From a bacterium (GTDB taxonomy: Bacteria > Bacteroidota > Ignavibacteria > Kapaibacteriales > UBA2268), in NCBI GenBank assembly GCA_030431515.1, contig JAUIIX010000002.1:14936-78935 (forward strand): a DNA stretch of 64,000 nucleotides, written 5' to 3'. Each line of letters starts with the position of its first letter. Position 1 is the stretch's first letter. Both the position numbers and the translations under genes were made by a program. This document shows positions 30,664-41,043 of this stretch, piece after piece. A model generated the notes under the pieces. The model was given only the letters and a program-made list of their open reading frames with translations, did not search any database and was not told the origin of the DNA.

Positions 30664-31920
30664 TTAATTAATATTTATAGCAGAAGATAACTGTTTTGCT
30701 AAACTTTCAGTTAATAATTTTCTGTCAAATTGTTCTACAAATTTATCATCTGGTTTAGGTAGTGAGTTTTCTTGCCACAATTTATAAAGTTTATCAATTG
30801 CATTACTTATATCATCTATATCTTTCGGATTAGTAACAATCGATGCTTTGTATTGATTGCACAACTGCTTCATACTCCCGTCTGGTATTGTCGCAATGAT
30901 TGGCTTTTTAGAACCAAAATATTCCCACAATTTACCTGGTGTTCTTATATCATCATTCAACATCAACCAAAGCACATCAGAACTAAATAGATATTTAACA
31001 GATTCACTATGATTAACAAATCCAATTACTTCAACTATAGAATCTAATTTATACTTTTTAATCATTTTCAAATGACTTTTTCTCATCATTCCGACTAATC
31101 TAACTTTAAGATGTTTTGCTATGTTTGGATTCTTTTTAATTAATTTTTGAATTGCTTTGAAGAAGTATTTTGGTGTGCGATTATCTTGGAATACCCCAGA
31201 ATGAGTAATAACAAAATAATTTTTATCAACTTGGACTTCTTTACTCATCACAAAATCTTCTGAATCAAAACCATGCGGAATAATTACCACATCGTCATAA
31301 GACAAAAACTTATATCGTTTTAACAATAACTCTTTTGCATGTCGTGATATAACAATGGCACTTGAAGAAGTTCTTAGTAGTTCATTTTCTAATTTAATTG
31401 ATTTACTTCTATGGTAGGGAGTAGGAAAATAGTGGAACTGATTATCAGTCCAACTATCTCTATAATCAATAACATAAGGCACGTCATATTTCTCTGATAA
31501 ATCATTTGCAATCAAAAAATCAGTAAAAGGTGGTGCAGTAGCAAAAATCACATCAATTTCATTCTCTTTAAATACTTTTTCTGCTGTTTTTAAAGCAAAT
31601 TTTTTCCACTTTATTTTAGAGTCTGGAATATTAAAGAAGTTTAAAAAGAATCTTCCTAACTTTTGAAATTGATAATTAGGTAAATTATTACTTTTTTTCT
31701 TCCCAGTTTGCTTGTCTTTTGTTCTATAAACTTGAATATCCATAGCTTCTAACTCAGCCATTAAAGAGTCATCATAAGCATAATAATCTTCGTTAGATGT
31801 AGTTAATACAATAGGTTCCCAGTTATAATCTCGGAGATATTTTACAAATTTAAGCGTTCTTTGAACACCACTCAAACCCATCGGGGGAAAGTAATAAGCA
31901 ATTACTAAACATTTTCTCAT
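30664..31920 (-). CDS. Glycosyltransferase family 4
   Basis: IAYYFPP..SGVQR, ATAPP, DYRDSW, PGKLWEY. Confidence 0.88.
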   Translation of the reverse strand: MRKCLVIAYYFPPMGLSGVQRTLKFVKYLRDYNWEPIVLTTSNEDYYAYDDSLMAELEAMDIQVYRTKDKQTGKKKSNNLPNYQFQKLGRFFLNFFNIPDSKIKWKKFALKTAEKVFKENEIDVIFATAPPFTDFLIANDLSEKYDVPYVIDYRDSWTDNQFHYFPTPYHRSKSIKLENELLRTSSSAIVISRHAKELLLKRYKFLSYDDVVIIPHGFDSEDFVMSKEVQVDKNYFVITHSGVFQDNRTPKYFFKAIQKLIKKNPNIAKHLKVRLVGMMRKSHLKMIKKYKLDSIVEVIGFVNHSESVKYLFSSDVLWLMLNDDIRTPGKLWEYFGSKKPIIATIPDGSMKQLCNQYKASIVTNPKDIDDISNAIDKLYKLWQENSLPKPDDKFVEQFDRKLLTESLAKQLSSAININ

Positions 31921-32037
31921 AACACAAAATTAAGGAAATAAATGAATATTGTGGATGTTTTTAGTTTTCCACATTTGATATAAATTGATAAATAAGTATT
32001 TTTGGAATTAAATTAGAATTGGTGTTCTATAGGGAAG

Positions 32038-32112
32038 TCGGAGTAGCAGGATTCGAACCTGCGGCCTTCTGGTCCCAAACCAGACGCGCTAACCGGGCTG
32101 CGCCATACTCCG
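32038..32112 (-). tRNA. tRNA-Pro(TGG), CCA not encoded
   Basis: CGGAGTATGGCGCAGCCCGGTTAGCGCGTCTGGTTTGGGACCAGAAGGCCGCAGGTTCGAATCCTGCTACTCCGA; anticodon stem TCTGG/CCAGA. Confidence 0.97.
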
Positions 32113-32247
32113 AATTTATTTTAGAACTATCTCTGAAACAGATTTCAAAATTAAGGACAATTAATATAATTTCCAAATTTTATTTTTGATTTTTAAAAAT
32201 ATTTTTTCTCATCAACCATTTTAAAGGGTTTATCTTATATAATTTTA

Positions 32248-33045
32248 CTATTTTTCTAAAATAAACTCTAAACCATCGTAGGCAAGATTTATACTTTTTG
32301 GTAATTCTTTACTTAATAAAGAATGTGATATTTGATGAGCAATATGAGTAAAATATGTTTCCTTTGCTTTTAATTGCTTCGCTATATTGATTGATTCTTC
32401 CACAGTAAAGTGTGTAGGATGAGGGTGATAACGAAGAGCATCTAATATCAAAACATCAAGTTCTTTTAATTTATCTAATGAAGTGTCAGGTATATAATTA
32501 GTATCGGTGCAGTAAGCAAACGAACCAATCCTAAAACCAAGCACTTCAATTTTACCATGTTCCATTGGAATAATTTGAAACTCAATATCTCCAATCTTAA
32601 AATCTTCTCTATCTATCATATTAATATCAACTAATGGTAATCCTCCACCTACTTGAACTGCCTCTCCAAAGGCATAAGAAAAAGTATTTTTTAATGAACT
32701 AAAAGTTGAGTTATTAATATAAATTGGCGTTGGCTTATGTTGAATAAAATTATATGCCCTAATATCATCAAATCCACTAATATGGTCAAAATGTTGATGA
32801 GTATAGACAATTGCATCTATTTTGTCAACTGAATGTTTTATCATTTGCTGTCTGAAGTCTGCCGAAGTATCTATCACAACTGTTGTACTTTGCGTTTCAA
32901 TTAACAAAGAACATCTCAATCTTTTGTCCTTCGGGTCATCAGACAAACAAACTGGACATTTGCACCCTATAGTCGGCACACCTGATGATGTTCCTGTTCC
33001 TAAAAGTGTAAATCTTATTTCATTTTCAAGTAAATTTCTTTTCAT
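32248..33045 (-). CDS. MBL-fold metallohydrolase (PhnP/YycJ-like phosphodiesterase)
   Basis: LGTGTSSGVP.IGC.CPVC, THQHFDHISG, YCTD, HPTH, FTHIAH. Confidence 0.9.
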   Translation of the reverse strand: MKRNLLENEIRFTLLGTGTSSGVPTIGCKCPVCLSDDPKDKRLRCSLLIETQSTTVVIDTSADFRQQMIKHSVDKIDAIVYTHQHFDHISGFDDIRAYNFIQHKPTPIYINNSTFSSLKNTFSYAFGEAVQVGGGLPLVDINMIDREDFKIGDIEFQIIPMEHGKIEVLGFRIGSFAYCTDTNYIPDTSLDKLKELDVLILDALRYHPHPTHFTVEESINIAKQLKAKETYFTHIAHQISHSLLSKELPKSINLAYDGLEFILEK

Positions 33046-33052
33046 TTTTATT

Positions 33053-34066
33053 CTATTTTCCTAAGTCTTCTTCCTTGATTCCAAGCCAATTTAATGCTGC
33101 TTTGTAAAGCAAATTATCTTTAGTATTTTTATCAAATTCATCTATTGATTCAATTAATTCACCTGGTGACAGTTCACCTAATGGGAAAGGATAATCTGTC
33201 CCTAAAGATACGTATTCCGACCCTGCAAGTTCTACCAAGTATTTTAGCATAGTTTTATCGTGTGTCAAACTATCAAAATAGACTTTCCCAAATACATCTC
33301 TTGGCGACATCTTAGTATTAGTCTGTATTAGGTCTGGTCTTACATCCCATCCATGTTCGATACGTCCTAAAGTGCCAGGGAAACTACCACCACCATGTGC
33401 GAACATCACTTTTAAATTAGGAAGTCTTTCAAGCACTCCACCAAAAACTAAACTTGTGATTGCTATCGTAGTTTCGGCGGGCATACTAATAAGCCATTTT
33501 CCCCAATAATTCTGAACTCTATCGCCTCCAAGCATATCCCAAGGATGAATAAATAGTGGAACATTCATACTTGCAGCAGCCTCAAAAAATGGGAATAATT
33601 CTGGGTCATCAAAATTCTTCCCGTTTATATGCGTACCAATCTCAATACCATTCAATTTTAGGTCTTCTTTCACTCGTTGCATCTCTTTAATAGCAAGATT
33701 GACATCTTGCATAGGCAAAGTTCCTAAACCAAGGTAATGGGCTTTATCTTCGGCTACGGACTCTGCAATGTGGTCATTCAAAAAGCGAGATGTTTCTAAT
33801 GCGTCATTTGGCTTTGCCCAATAATTAAAAAGAACAGGAATAGTTGAAAGCACCTGCATATCAACATTAAACTTCTCCATTTCTTGCTTCCTTACCTTAC
33901 AATCCCAACAATTACAATATACCTCTCTAAAAAACTTATCATCTTGCATCATATTTGCATAATTTTCTTTACTTTCTTCTAAAGAAATAAATCCTTTATA
34001 TCCAAACTTTTCCGCCCATTTTGGCATTTTCAGAGGCATAATGTGAGTATGTACATCAATTTTCAT
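33053..34066 (-). CDS. Aminocarboxymuconate-semialdehyde decarboxylase (ACMSD), amidohydrolase_2
   Basis: IDVHTH, QVLSTIPVLFNYWAK, FIHPWDM, MPAET, AHGGGSFP.TLGRIEHG, GTDYPFPLGE. Confidence 0.9.
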   Translation of the reverse strand: MKIDVHTHIMPLKMPKWAEKFGYKGFISLEESKENYANMMQDDKFFREVYCNCWDCKVRKQEMEKFNVDMQVLSTIPVLFNYWAKPNDALETSRFLNDHIAESVAEDKAHYLGLGTLPMQDVNLAIKEMQRVKEDLKLNGIEIGTHINGKNFDDPELFPFFEAAASMNVPLFIHPWDMLGGDRVQNYWGKWLISMPAETTIAITSLVFGGVLERLPNLKVMFAHGGGSFPGTLGRIEHGWDVRPDLIQTNTKMSPRDVFGKVYFDSLTHDKTMLKYLVELAGSEYVSLGTDYPFPLGELSPGELIESIDEFDKNTKDNLLYKAALNWLGIKEEDLGK

Positions 34067-34102
34067 AAAATAAATTTCCTTTTGTTCGTTTATACACCTA
34101 AT

Positions 34103-34414
34103 ATGATAAACCTAATTAAATACAAATATATGGTAGAATTTCATCTACCGCCTACTATGAGCAAGGAATACCTTGATTTAATTCCATCTCATAAACTTAA
34201 AATAAAGAACTATTTTGAACAAAATATCCTATTAACATATACGCTTTCTTATCACTTACACAAACTTTGGGCTGTTTTTATTGCCAAATCCAAAGAAGAA
34301 GTAGAAGGATATATCGACGAATTACCCTTATCAAAATATATGACTTATGAAGTTCATGACCTAATGTTTCACGAAACTTCTGATATAGTAATTCCAACAT
34401 TTTCTTTAAATTAA
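34103..34414 (+). CDS. Muconolactone delta-isomerase-like small protein
   Basis: YMVEF.LP...LIPSH...KLWAVF.A.S.EEV...IDELPL; start moved to 34103 to avoid overlap with ACMSD. Confidence 0.6.
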   Translation: MINLIKYKYMVEFHLPPTMSKEYLDLIPSHKLKIKNYFEQNILLTYTLSYHLHKLWAVFIAKSKEEVEGYIDELPLSKYMTYEVHDLMFHETSDIVIPTFSLN

Positions 34415-34510
34415 AAAATTAGAATTTAAAATTAGTAAAAATAAAGCTTTTAATCAAATTAAAGCTACATTTTATCGTCAATACTCTTTTATAATTCTAA
34501 AAGAAAATAA

Positions 34511-34858
34511 ATGACAACAATAGAAACTTTCCCAAATCCGAATCCAAATAGAGAATACTCGATTTCTCACGTTAATCCTGAATTTACTTCAGTTTGCCCA
34601 AAAACAGGTTTGCCTGACTTTGCAACAATAACAGTTACTTACATCCCTAATCAAACTTGTATTGAACTAAAATCTTTAAAATATTACTACCTTGATTTCC
34701 GTAATAAAGGAATATTTTTTGAAGCTGTTACAAATCAAATATTAGATGATTTAGTTGCAGTTTCTAAACCCAAATGGATGGAAGTAGTAGCAGAATTTAA
34801 CACTCGTGGCGGTATCAATTCTATAATTACTGTAGAACATTTTGAGGAAGAAAAATGA
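34511..34858 (+). CDS. queF: preQ0 reductase QueF (type I)
   Basis: [28 protein letters not shown]. Confidence 0.93.
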   Translation: MTTIETFPNPNPNREYSISHVNPEFTSVCPKTGLPDFATITVTYIPNQTCIELKSLKYYYLDFRNKGIFFEAVTNQILDDLVAVSKPKWMEVVAEFNTRGGINSIITVEHFEEEK

Positions 34859-35280
34859 TAACAATCGCAAAAGATTTTAATTGGGAAATGTCTCATCGAC
34901 TTACATTTCACAAAGGATTATGCAGAAATATTCACGGACATTCTTATAAATTAAGAATTTACTTAACTGGTGAACTTGATGCAAATGGAATGATAATAGA
35001 CTTTTACGATTTACAAAAAATCGTTGACCCATTTTTAATGGGTGAACTCGACCATGCTTTCCTTTGCAGCAAAGACGATGTAGATGTAATTGAATTCCTA
35101 AAGAAAAATAATTGGCGATATTACATAATGGATAGAACATCAACTTGTGAGAATATGTGCTATCTCTTTATAGATAAATTAAAGGAAGATTTAGCAAAAA
35201 TTCCTAATCTTCATTCATTCAAAGTTAGAGTTTACGAAACATCCGACGCTTTCGCAGAACTTGAATATAAAATCAGATAA
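34855..35280 (+). CDS. queD: 6-carboxytetrahydropterin synthase
   Basis: [27 protein letters not shown]; coupled to queF. Confidence 0.88.
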   Translation: MITIAKDFNWEMSHRLTFHKGLCRNIHGHSYKLRIYLTGELDANGMIIDFYDLQKIVDPFLMGELDHAFLCSKDDVDVIEFLKKNNWRYYIMDRTSTCENMCYLFIDKLKEDLAKIPNLHSFKVRVYETSDAFAELEYKIR

Positions 35281-35298
35281 ATAAATATAATATCAATC

Positions 35299-35328
35299 AA
35301 AAACCAACAAATTAGTTGGTTTTTTTTT
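35299..35328 (+). terminator. Rho-independent terminator after queD
   Basis: AAAACCAAC-aaatta-GTTGGTTTT plus T-run. Confidence 0.75.
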
Positions 35329-35421
35329 CATTTAAAGATACTTGTAATGAGCGATGCCGGAATAAGCGATGAATCTATTGTTTTAAAATTCCCCACTTTT
35401 TAAATGCTATATTAAAAAGGT

Positions 35422-36048
35422 TTAATCTACTTCAGGACTAATTATATCTAATACAAAAAGAGTAGAGCTTTTTAATGCTTCTAATGTGGAGTTATTGTTG
35501 ATTACAAAGTCCGATTTTTTCTTTTTTTCTTCAGGACTTAGTTGATTTTTTATTCGATTTAGGATTTTTTCTTCTGTTAGATTACCTCTTTTTAGTAATC
35601 TTTCTACTACTTGCTCTTGTTCAGAAATTACACATATTACAAAATTGTAAGCATCTTGCATATTGATTTCAAATATCAAAGCACTTTCTACAAAGATTAT
35701 GTCTTCCCCTTCTTCTACCAACTTATCTATCTCATCTATATTGGATTGAATTACATAAGGGTGAACGATTGAATTTAATTTGCTTAAATTTTCTTTTGAT
35801 TCTTTACTTTCTCCGAAGATAAGGTTGCCAATAAATTCTTTATTAATATTGCCATCTTGAAAATAGAATTCTTCCCCAAATTCCTTAATTAATTTGGCTT
35901 TTAATTCCTTATTTTCAACATATAATTGTTTAGCTTTATCATCAGTATTGATTACTGGGTAACCAAGTTCACTGATAAATTCGGAAACGGTTGATTTACC
36001 GCTTCCGATTCCACCAGTTATACCAATTATTTTAACGTTATCTTCCAT
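35422..36048 (-). CDS. coaE: Dephospho-CoA kinase
   Basis: IGITGGIGSGKSTV, IVHP, FVINNN. Confidence 0.93.
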   Translation of the reverse strand: MEDNVKIIGITGGIGSGKSTVSEFISELGYPVINTDDKAKQLYVENKELKAKLIKEFGEEFYFQDGNINKEFIGNLIFGESKESKENLSKLNSIVHPYVIQSNIDEIDKLVEEGEDIIFVESALIFEINMQDAYNFVICVISEQEQVVERLLKRGNLTEEKILNRIKNQLSPEEKKKKSDFVINNNSTLEALKSSTLFVLDIISPEVD

Positions 36049-36058
36049 AAAGGATAAA

Positions 36059-37321
36059 TTACATATTATTTATAATAGCATCAGCAAATTCGCTTGTCTT
36101 CATCAATTGAGCATCATCCATAAGTCTATGGAAATCATAAGTTACTTTTTTCTGAGTAATTGTTTTTTCCATTGCAGAAATTATCATATCTGCTGCTTCT
36201 TTCCAATCAAGATGTTCAAGCATCATACAAGCAGAAAGAATTAAAGAACCAGGATTTACTTTATCTAAATTAGAATATTTAGGAGCAGTTCCGTGAGTTG
36301 CTTCAAATATTGCATGACCAGAAATATAGTTAATATTTGCACCCGGAGCAATTCCAATACCACCAACTATTGCAGCTAATGCGTCAGAAACATAATCACC
36401 ATTCAAATTCATAGTAGTTACAACTGAATAATCTGTTGGACGTAATAAAATTTGTTGTAAAAAAGCATCAGCAATAAAGTCTTTAACTAAGATTTTACCA
36501 GAAGCTAAAGCATCACTTTGAGCTTTATTAGCTGCTTCTTCACCTTTATCGGCTTTGATTACATCATACTGTCTCCAAGTAAAACATTTCTCGCCATACT
36601 CTTGCTCTGCTACATCATAAGACCACTCTTTGAACATACCTTCAGTAAATTTCATAATATTACCTTTATGAACGATAGTAACAGAAGGTTTTTTATTTGC
36701 AATTGCATAGTCAATAGATGCTCTCATTAATCTTTTAGTTCCATCAACTGAAACTGGTTTAATACCAATTGAAGAAGATTCAGGGAATCTAATTTTCTTA
36801 ACTCTCATTTCATTTTGAATGAAGTTAATTACTTTTTTAACATCATCAGTTCCTGCTTTCCACTCAATCCCAGCATAAATATCTTCAGTATTTTCTCTAA
36901 AGATAACCATATCACAATCTTGAGGTCTTTTAACAGGAGAAGGTACTCCCGAAAACCATCTAACTGGACGAACACAAGAGTATAAATCTAATTCTTGTCT
37001 TAATGCAACATTCAATGATCTAATACCACCGCCAACTGGAGTAGTAAGAGGACCTTTGATAGCAACTAAATGTTCTCTGATTACATCTAAAGTTTCAGTT
37101 GGTAACCATTCACCAGTTTTATTAAAAGCTTTTTCACCAGCAAGAACTTCTTTCCAAAATATTTTCTTAATTCCTCTGTAAGATTTCTCAACAGCGGCTT
37201 CTACTACTTTTTTAGTTGCAGCCCACACATCTGGACCAATACCATCACCTTCAATAAAAGGAATAATTGGAGCATTGGGAATATGAAGTTTCCCTTCTAC
37301 CATTCTAATTTTTTCTGACAT
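36059..37321 (-). CDS. icd: NADP-dependent isocitrate dehydrogenase
   Basis: [51 protein letters not shown]. Confidence 0.97.
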   Translation of the reverse strand: MSEKIRMVEGKLHIPNAPIIPFIEGDGIGPDVWAATKKVVEAAVEKSYRGIKKIFWKEVLAGEKAFNKTGEWLPTETLDVIREHLVAIKGPLTTPVGGGIRSLNVALRQELDLYSCVRPVRWFSGVPSPVKRPQDCDMVIFRENTEDIYAGIEWKAGTDDVKKVINFIQNEMRVKKIRFPESSSIGIKPVSVDGTKRLMRASIDYAIANKKPSVTIVHKGNIMKFTEGMFKEWSYDVAEQEYGEKCFTWRQYDVIKADKGEEAANKAQSDALASGKILVKDFIADAFLQQILLRPTDYSVVTTMNLNGDYVSDALAAIVGGIGIAPGANINYISGHAIFEATHGTAPKYSNLDKVNPGSLILSACMMLEHLDWKEAADMIISAMEKTITQKKVTYDFHRLMDDAQLMKTSEFADAIINNM

Positions 37322-37373
37322 ATAATAATTCCTATTTTAATTATAAATTCTAAAATGAAATAATAAAGTAAAT

Positions 37374-38639
37374 TTATTCAGCTTCAATTGTATCAAAACC
37401 AGTGTATTTTCTTAATACTTCTGGGATTACTAATTTTTCACCATCATAATATTGTTCTAAAATCGCAACTAAAATTCTTGGTGTAGCAAGTGCAGACCCG
37501 TTTAAAGTATGAACAAACTCAGGTTTCGAATCTTGCGATTTTTTAAATCGAATATTTGCTCTTCTTGATTGGAAATCCATAAAGTTAGAACAAGAAGAAA
37601 CTTCAAGCCATCTTTTTTCAACTCCAGCCCAAACTTCAAAATCAAAAGTTTTAGCAGATGCAAAACTTGTATCACCACTGCAAAGTAATAAAACTCTATA
37701 AGTAAGACCTAATTTTTTAATTAGATCTTCCGAATCGCGAGCGAGTGAATCAAGTTCATCAAAAGAATTTTCTGGTTCAACTAATTTAACTAATTCAACT
37801 TTATTAAATTGGTGAACTCTTAAAAATCCTCTAACTTCCTTACCGTGACTACCTGCTTCTCTTCTAAAACAAGGACTATATCCTGTAATTTTTATAGGAA
37901 GTTGTTCGCCTCTAAGCATTTCATTATTATGATAATTAGTAAGAGGAACTTCTGCTGTAGGTATCAAATATAAATTGTCTTCTGTACAATGATACATATC
38001 TTCAGCCATCTTAGGCAGTTGTCCAGTTCCTTCCATCGAATTTTGATTTACAATAAATGGAGAGAAAAATTCTGTATAACCTTTAGCCGAGTTTTCATCA
38101 AGGAAAAAGTTAAGTAAAGCACGTTCTAATTTAGCACCTTTACCAGTCAAGAAAGCAAAACCAGAACCAGTAACTTTAGCACCACGTTCAAAATCAATAA
38201 TATTTAATCTTTTACCAATTTCAATATGATCAAAATTATGATTAACTTCAAATATCTCACCGTGATTGCTAACGACTACATTATCATCTTCACTATTACC
38301 GATAGGCACAGATTCATGAATGATATTCGGGATTTTCATCAAATCTTCATTTATCTTTGCTTCTATATCTTTTAATTCATTATCTAGATTAGAGATAGTA
38401 TCAGATACATCACGCATATTTTTGATGTCATCGTCAGCATTCTCTTTATTTTTCTTTTTCTGAGCAATTAACTTAGTAGCAATATTTCTTTTATTTTTTA
38501 ACTCTTCCACTTCGCCAATAATTTGTCTTCTTCTTTCATCAGAATCAACAATAGCATCGACATCAACATTTACATTTTTATAAGTATTATTCTGTTTAAC
38601 AATATCAGGAAATTCTCTTACAAATTTCAGATTCAACAT
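37374..38639 (-). CDS. serS: Serine--tRNA ligase
   Basis: LIPTAEVP, CFRREAGS, RVHQFNKVE, EVSSCSN, HTLNGSALA. Confidence 0.97.
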   Translation of the reverse strand: MLNLKFVREFPDIVKQNNTYKNVNVDVDAIVDSDERRRQIIGEVEELKNKRNIATKLIAQKKKNKENADDDIKNMRDVSDTISNLDNELKDIEAKINEDLMKIPNIIHESVPIGNSEDDNVVVSNHGEIFEVNHNFDHIEIGKRLNIIDFERGAKVTGSGFAFLTGKGAKLERALLNFFLDENSAKGYTEFFSPFIVNQNSMEGTGQLPKMAEDMYHCTEDNLYLIPTAEVPLTNYHNNEMLRGEQLPIKITGYSPCFRREAGSHGKEVRGFLRVHQFNKVELVKLVEPENSFDELDSLARDSEDLIKKLGLTYRVLLLCSGDTSFASAKTFDFEVWAGVEKRWLEVSSCSNFMDFQSRRANIRFKKSQDSKPEFVHTLNGSALATPRILVAILEQYYDGEKLVIPEVLRKYTGFDTIEAE

Positions 38640-38929
38640 AAATATTTTCCAATATTAAATTTTTCAATTTACAAAAATAAGAATAATTTAGCAATTTATA
38701 CGCAATTCATAAAATATTCAACAAACAAAGCACTTTAGGAGTAATGAACTTCGTTGATTGTTGGTTTTTATAGATTTTTTTATTTAAATTTTTTTGAAGT
38801 GAAGTAGTTTTATTTTTGTGTTTTGATAGCCACACCCCACTATAAAGATGCAAATTTTAAGGAAGATTCAGAGACACAGATTTTAAGAATTACTCTGATT
38901 ACACGGCTTTAAGAGAAACATATTAAATA

Positions 38930-39036
38930 GTAGTGAACGCAAATTTACGTTCACTTCAATTACATTATTCCTTCATCTAACAAATTAAAAAACTACCTCA
39001 CCACATGAAATTTTTCTATAAATACCTCACTATTGT
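38930..39036. repeat. REP-like family A palindrome plus ~80-bp tail shared with 29215..29314
   Basis: GTAGTGAACGCAAATTTACGTTCACTTC followed by AATTACATTATTCCTTCATCTA..AACTACCTCA. Confidence 0.8.
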
Positions 39037-39135
39037 TTTTTGCAGAAAATAATTTAAGCAATAGATAAATCGAAAAAATCATTCAAAACTGTATGAATTT
39101 TTAAAAAAGCAATAATTTAAGTAATTTTGTAAACT

Positions 39136-41001
39136 ATGGATAATAAATTTGATGTATTAGTTATTGGTGCAGGACATGCTGGAATTGAAGCATCTCTTGC
39201 TGCAGCCCGAATGGGTATGAATGTTGCTTTGATTTCAATGAGTTTGGATAATATGGGTATGCCAAGTTGCAACCCCTCGATTGGTGGCTCTGCAAAAGGG
39301 CATTTGGTTAAAGAAATCGATGCTCTTGGTGGTGAAATGGGCTTTTTAGCTGATAAAGCAGGCCTATCATTCAAGATGTTGAACACTTCAAAAGGTCCTG
39401 CTGTGTGGTCGCCAAGATGTCAGATTGACAAAGATTTATACCCACATTATGTTTCTCAAACGCTGAAAGCACAAGAAAATTTAACCTTAATTCAAGGGAA
39501 AGCAGAAGAAGTAATCCTTAAAAATGATAAAATTGAAGGTGTGCTTTTAGAAGGTAATATTCCCCTAAAAACTAAAGCACTTATTTTGTCTGCGGGTACT
39601 TTTTTACGTGGCGTGATGCACACTGGACAAGAAAAAACTGTAGGCGGTAGAATCGGCGAACAATCTTCTGATAAAATTAGCGATATGCTAAATGCTTATG
39701 GCTTTGAACGAGGAAGATTAAAAACTGGAACTCCTCCACGTATCCACTTTGATTCTATTAATATGGAAGGAATGGAAATAGCAGATGTTGACCCTGAACC
39801 ATCTCCATTTTCTTACCGAACTCCTCAAGTGAAAAACGTCTTAGTTTGCTATCAAACAAGTACTAATGAAACTACACATGATATTTTGAGAGAAGGGTTT
39901 GAGCGTTCACCGATGTTTACTGGTAGAATAAAGGGTGCAGGACCAAGGTACTGTCCGTCTGTAGAAGAGAAAATCCATAGATTTGATGAACGACCAAGTC
40001 ATAAAGTTTTGTTAGAACCAGAGGGCTTACATACTAAGTCTGTTTATGTGAATGGTTTTTCAACGAGCTTACCTCTTGATATTCAAATGAGAGGATTGCA
40101 CTCAATAAAAGGACTTGAAAATGCTAAAATGATGAAACAAGGTTACGCTGTTGAGTATGATTTCTTTTTTCCATACCAATTAAGATTTACACTTGAAACT
40201 AAAGCAATTCAAGGACTTTACTTTGCTGGTCAGATAAATGGTACATCTGGATATGAGGAGGCAGCATCTCAGGGCTTAGTTGCCGGAATTAATGCAGCAC
40301 TAAAAATAAAAGGTGAAGAAGCATTTATTCCTAAACGTTCGGAGTCATATATTGGTGTGATGATTGACGATTTAGTAAATAAAAATACAGAAGAGCCATA
40401 TAGAATATTCACTTCACTAGCTGAATATAGATTATTGCTAAGACAAGATAATGCAGATGAAAGAATGATGAAATATGGGAATAAATTTGGCTTAATTACA
40501 GATAGAGTTTATAGTAAATTGGTAAGTAAAGTTGAAAAATATAATAGAGCAATTGAATTATCTAAAGAAATTAAACCTGATAAAGAATTAATAAATCAAC
40601 TATTAATTGAAAAAAATCTTGAGCCATTAAAAGAAAAAACATCAATTCATAATTTGTTGAAAAGAAATGTTTTTACTTCGGAAACATTATTTAATTTAGC
40701 TCCTTTAAATACTTATGAATTTAAGGAAATAATGCAAGATAAAGAAACTCTTAATAAACTTAATTTTACGATTAAATATGAAGGGTATATTCAAAGACAA
40801 TTAAAAGAAATTGCTAATTTTGCTGAAAATGAAAATAAATATATTCCTGATAGTGTTGATTATTTTAAGATTAATTCATTATCAACAGAAGGGAAGGAAA
40901 AACTTAGTAAAATTAGACCTGGTTCTCTTGGACAAGCTTCAAGAATTCAAGGAGTTTCACCTGCGGACATTTCTGTTTTATCATTATATTTGAGAAATTG
41001 A
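39136..41001 (+). CDS. mnmG: tRNA U34 carboxymethylaminomethyl modification enzyme MnmG (GidA)
   Basis: VIGAGHAGIEA, SCNPSIGG.AKG, RLKTGTPPR, GPRYCPS, AGQINGTSGYEEAA. Confidence 0.97.
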   Translation: MDNKFDVLVIGAGHAGIEASLAAARMGMNVALISMSLDNMGMPSCNPSIGGSAKGHLVKEIDALGGEMGFLADKAGLSFKMLNTSKGPAVWSPRCQIDKDLYPHYVSQTLKAQENLTLIQGKAEEVILKNDKIEGVLLEGNIPLKTKALILSAGTFLRGVMHTGQEKTVGGRIGEQSSDKISDMLNAYGFERGRLKTGTPPRIHFDSINMEGMEIADVDPEPSPFSYRTPQVKNVLVCYQTSTNETTHDILREGFERSPMFTGRIKGAGPRYCPSVEEKIHRFDERPSHKVLLEPEGLHTKSVYVNGFSTSLPLDIQMRGLHSIKGLENAKMMKQGYAVEYDFFFPYQLRFTLETKAIQGLYFAGQINGTSGYEEAASQGLVAGINAALKIKGEEAFIPKRSESYIGVMIDDLVNKNTEEPYRIFTSLAEYRLLLRQDNADERMMKYGNKFGLITDRVYSKLVSKVEKYNRAIELSKEIKPDKELINQLLIEKNLEPLKEKTSIHNLLKRNVFTSETLFNLAPLNTYEFKEIMQDKETLNKLNFTIKYEGYIQRQLKEIANFAENENKYIPDSVDYFKINSLSTEGKEKLSKIRPGSLGQASRIQGVSPADISVLSLYLRN

Positions 41002-41043
41002 GAAATTTTTATTAGTTTTGTAAAAATATAAAACAAGATACTA

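Noticed and set aside
32038-32112. tRNA-Pro as an integration site
   Set aside because: No duplicated tRNA 3' end or integrase seen nearby; flanking genes are ordinary
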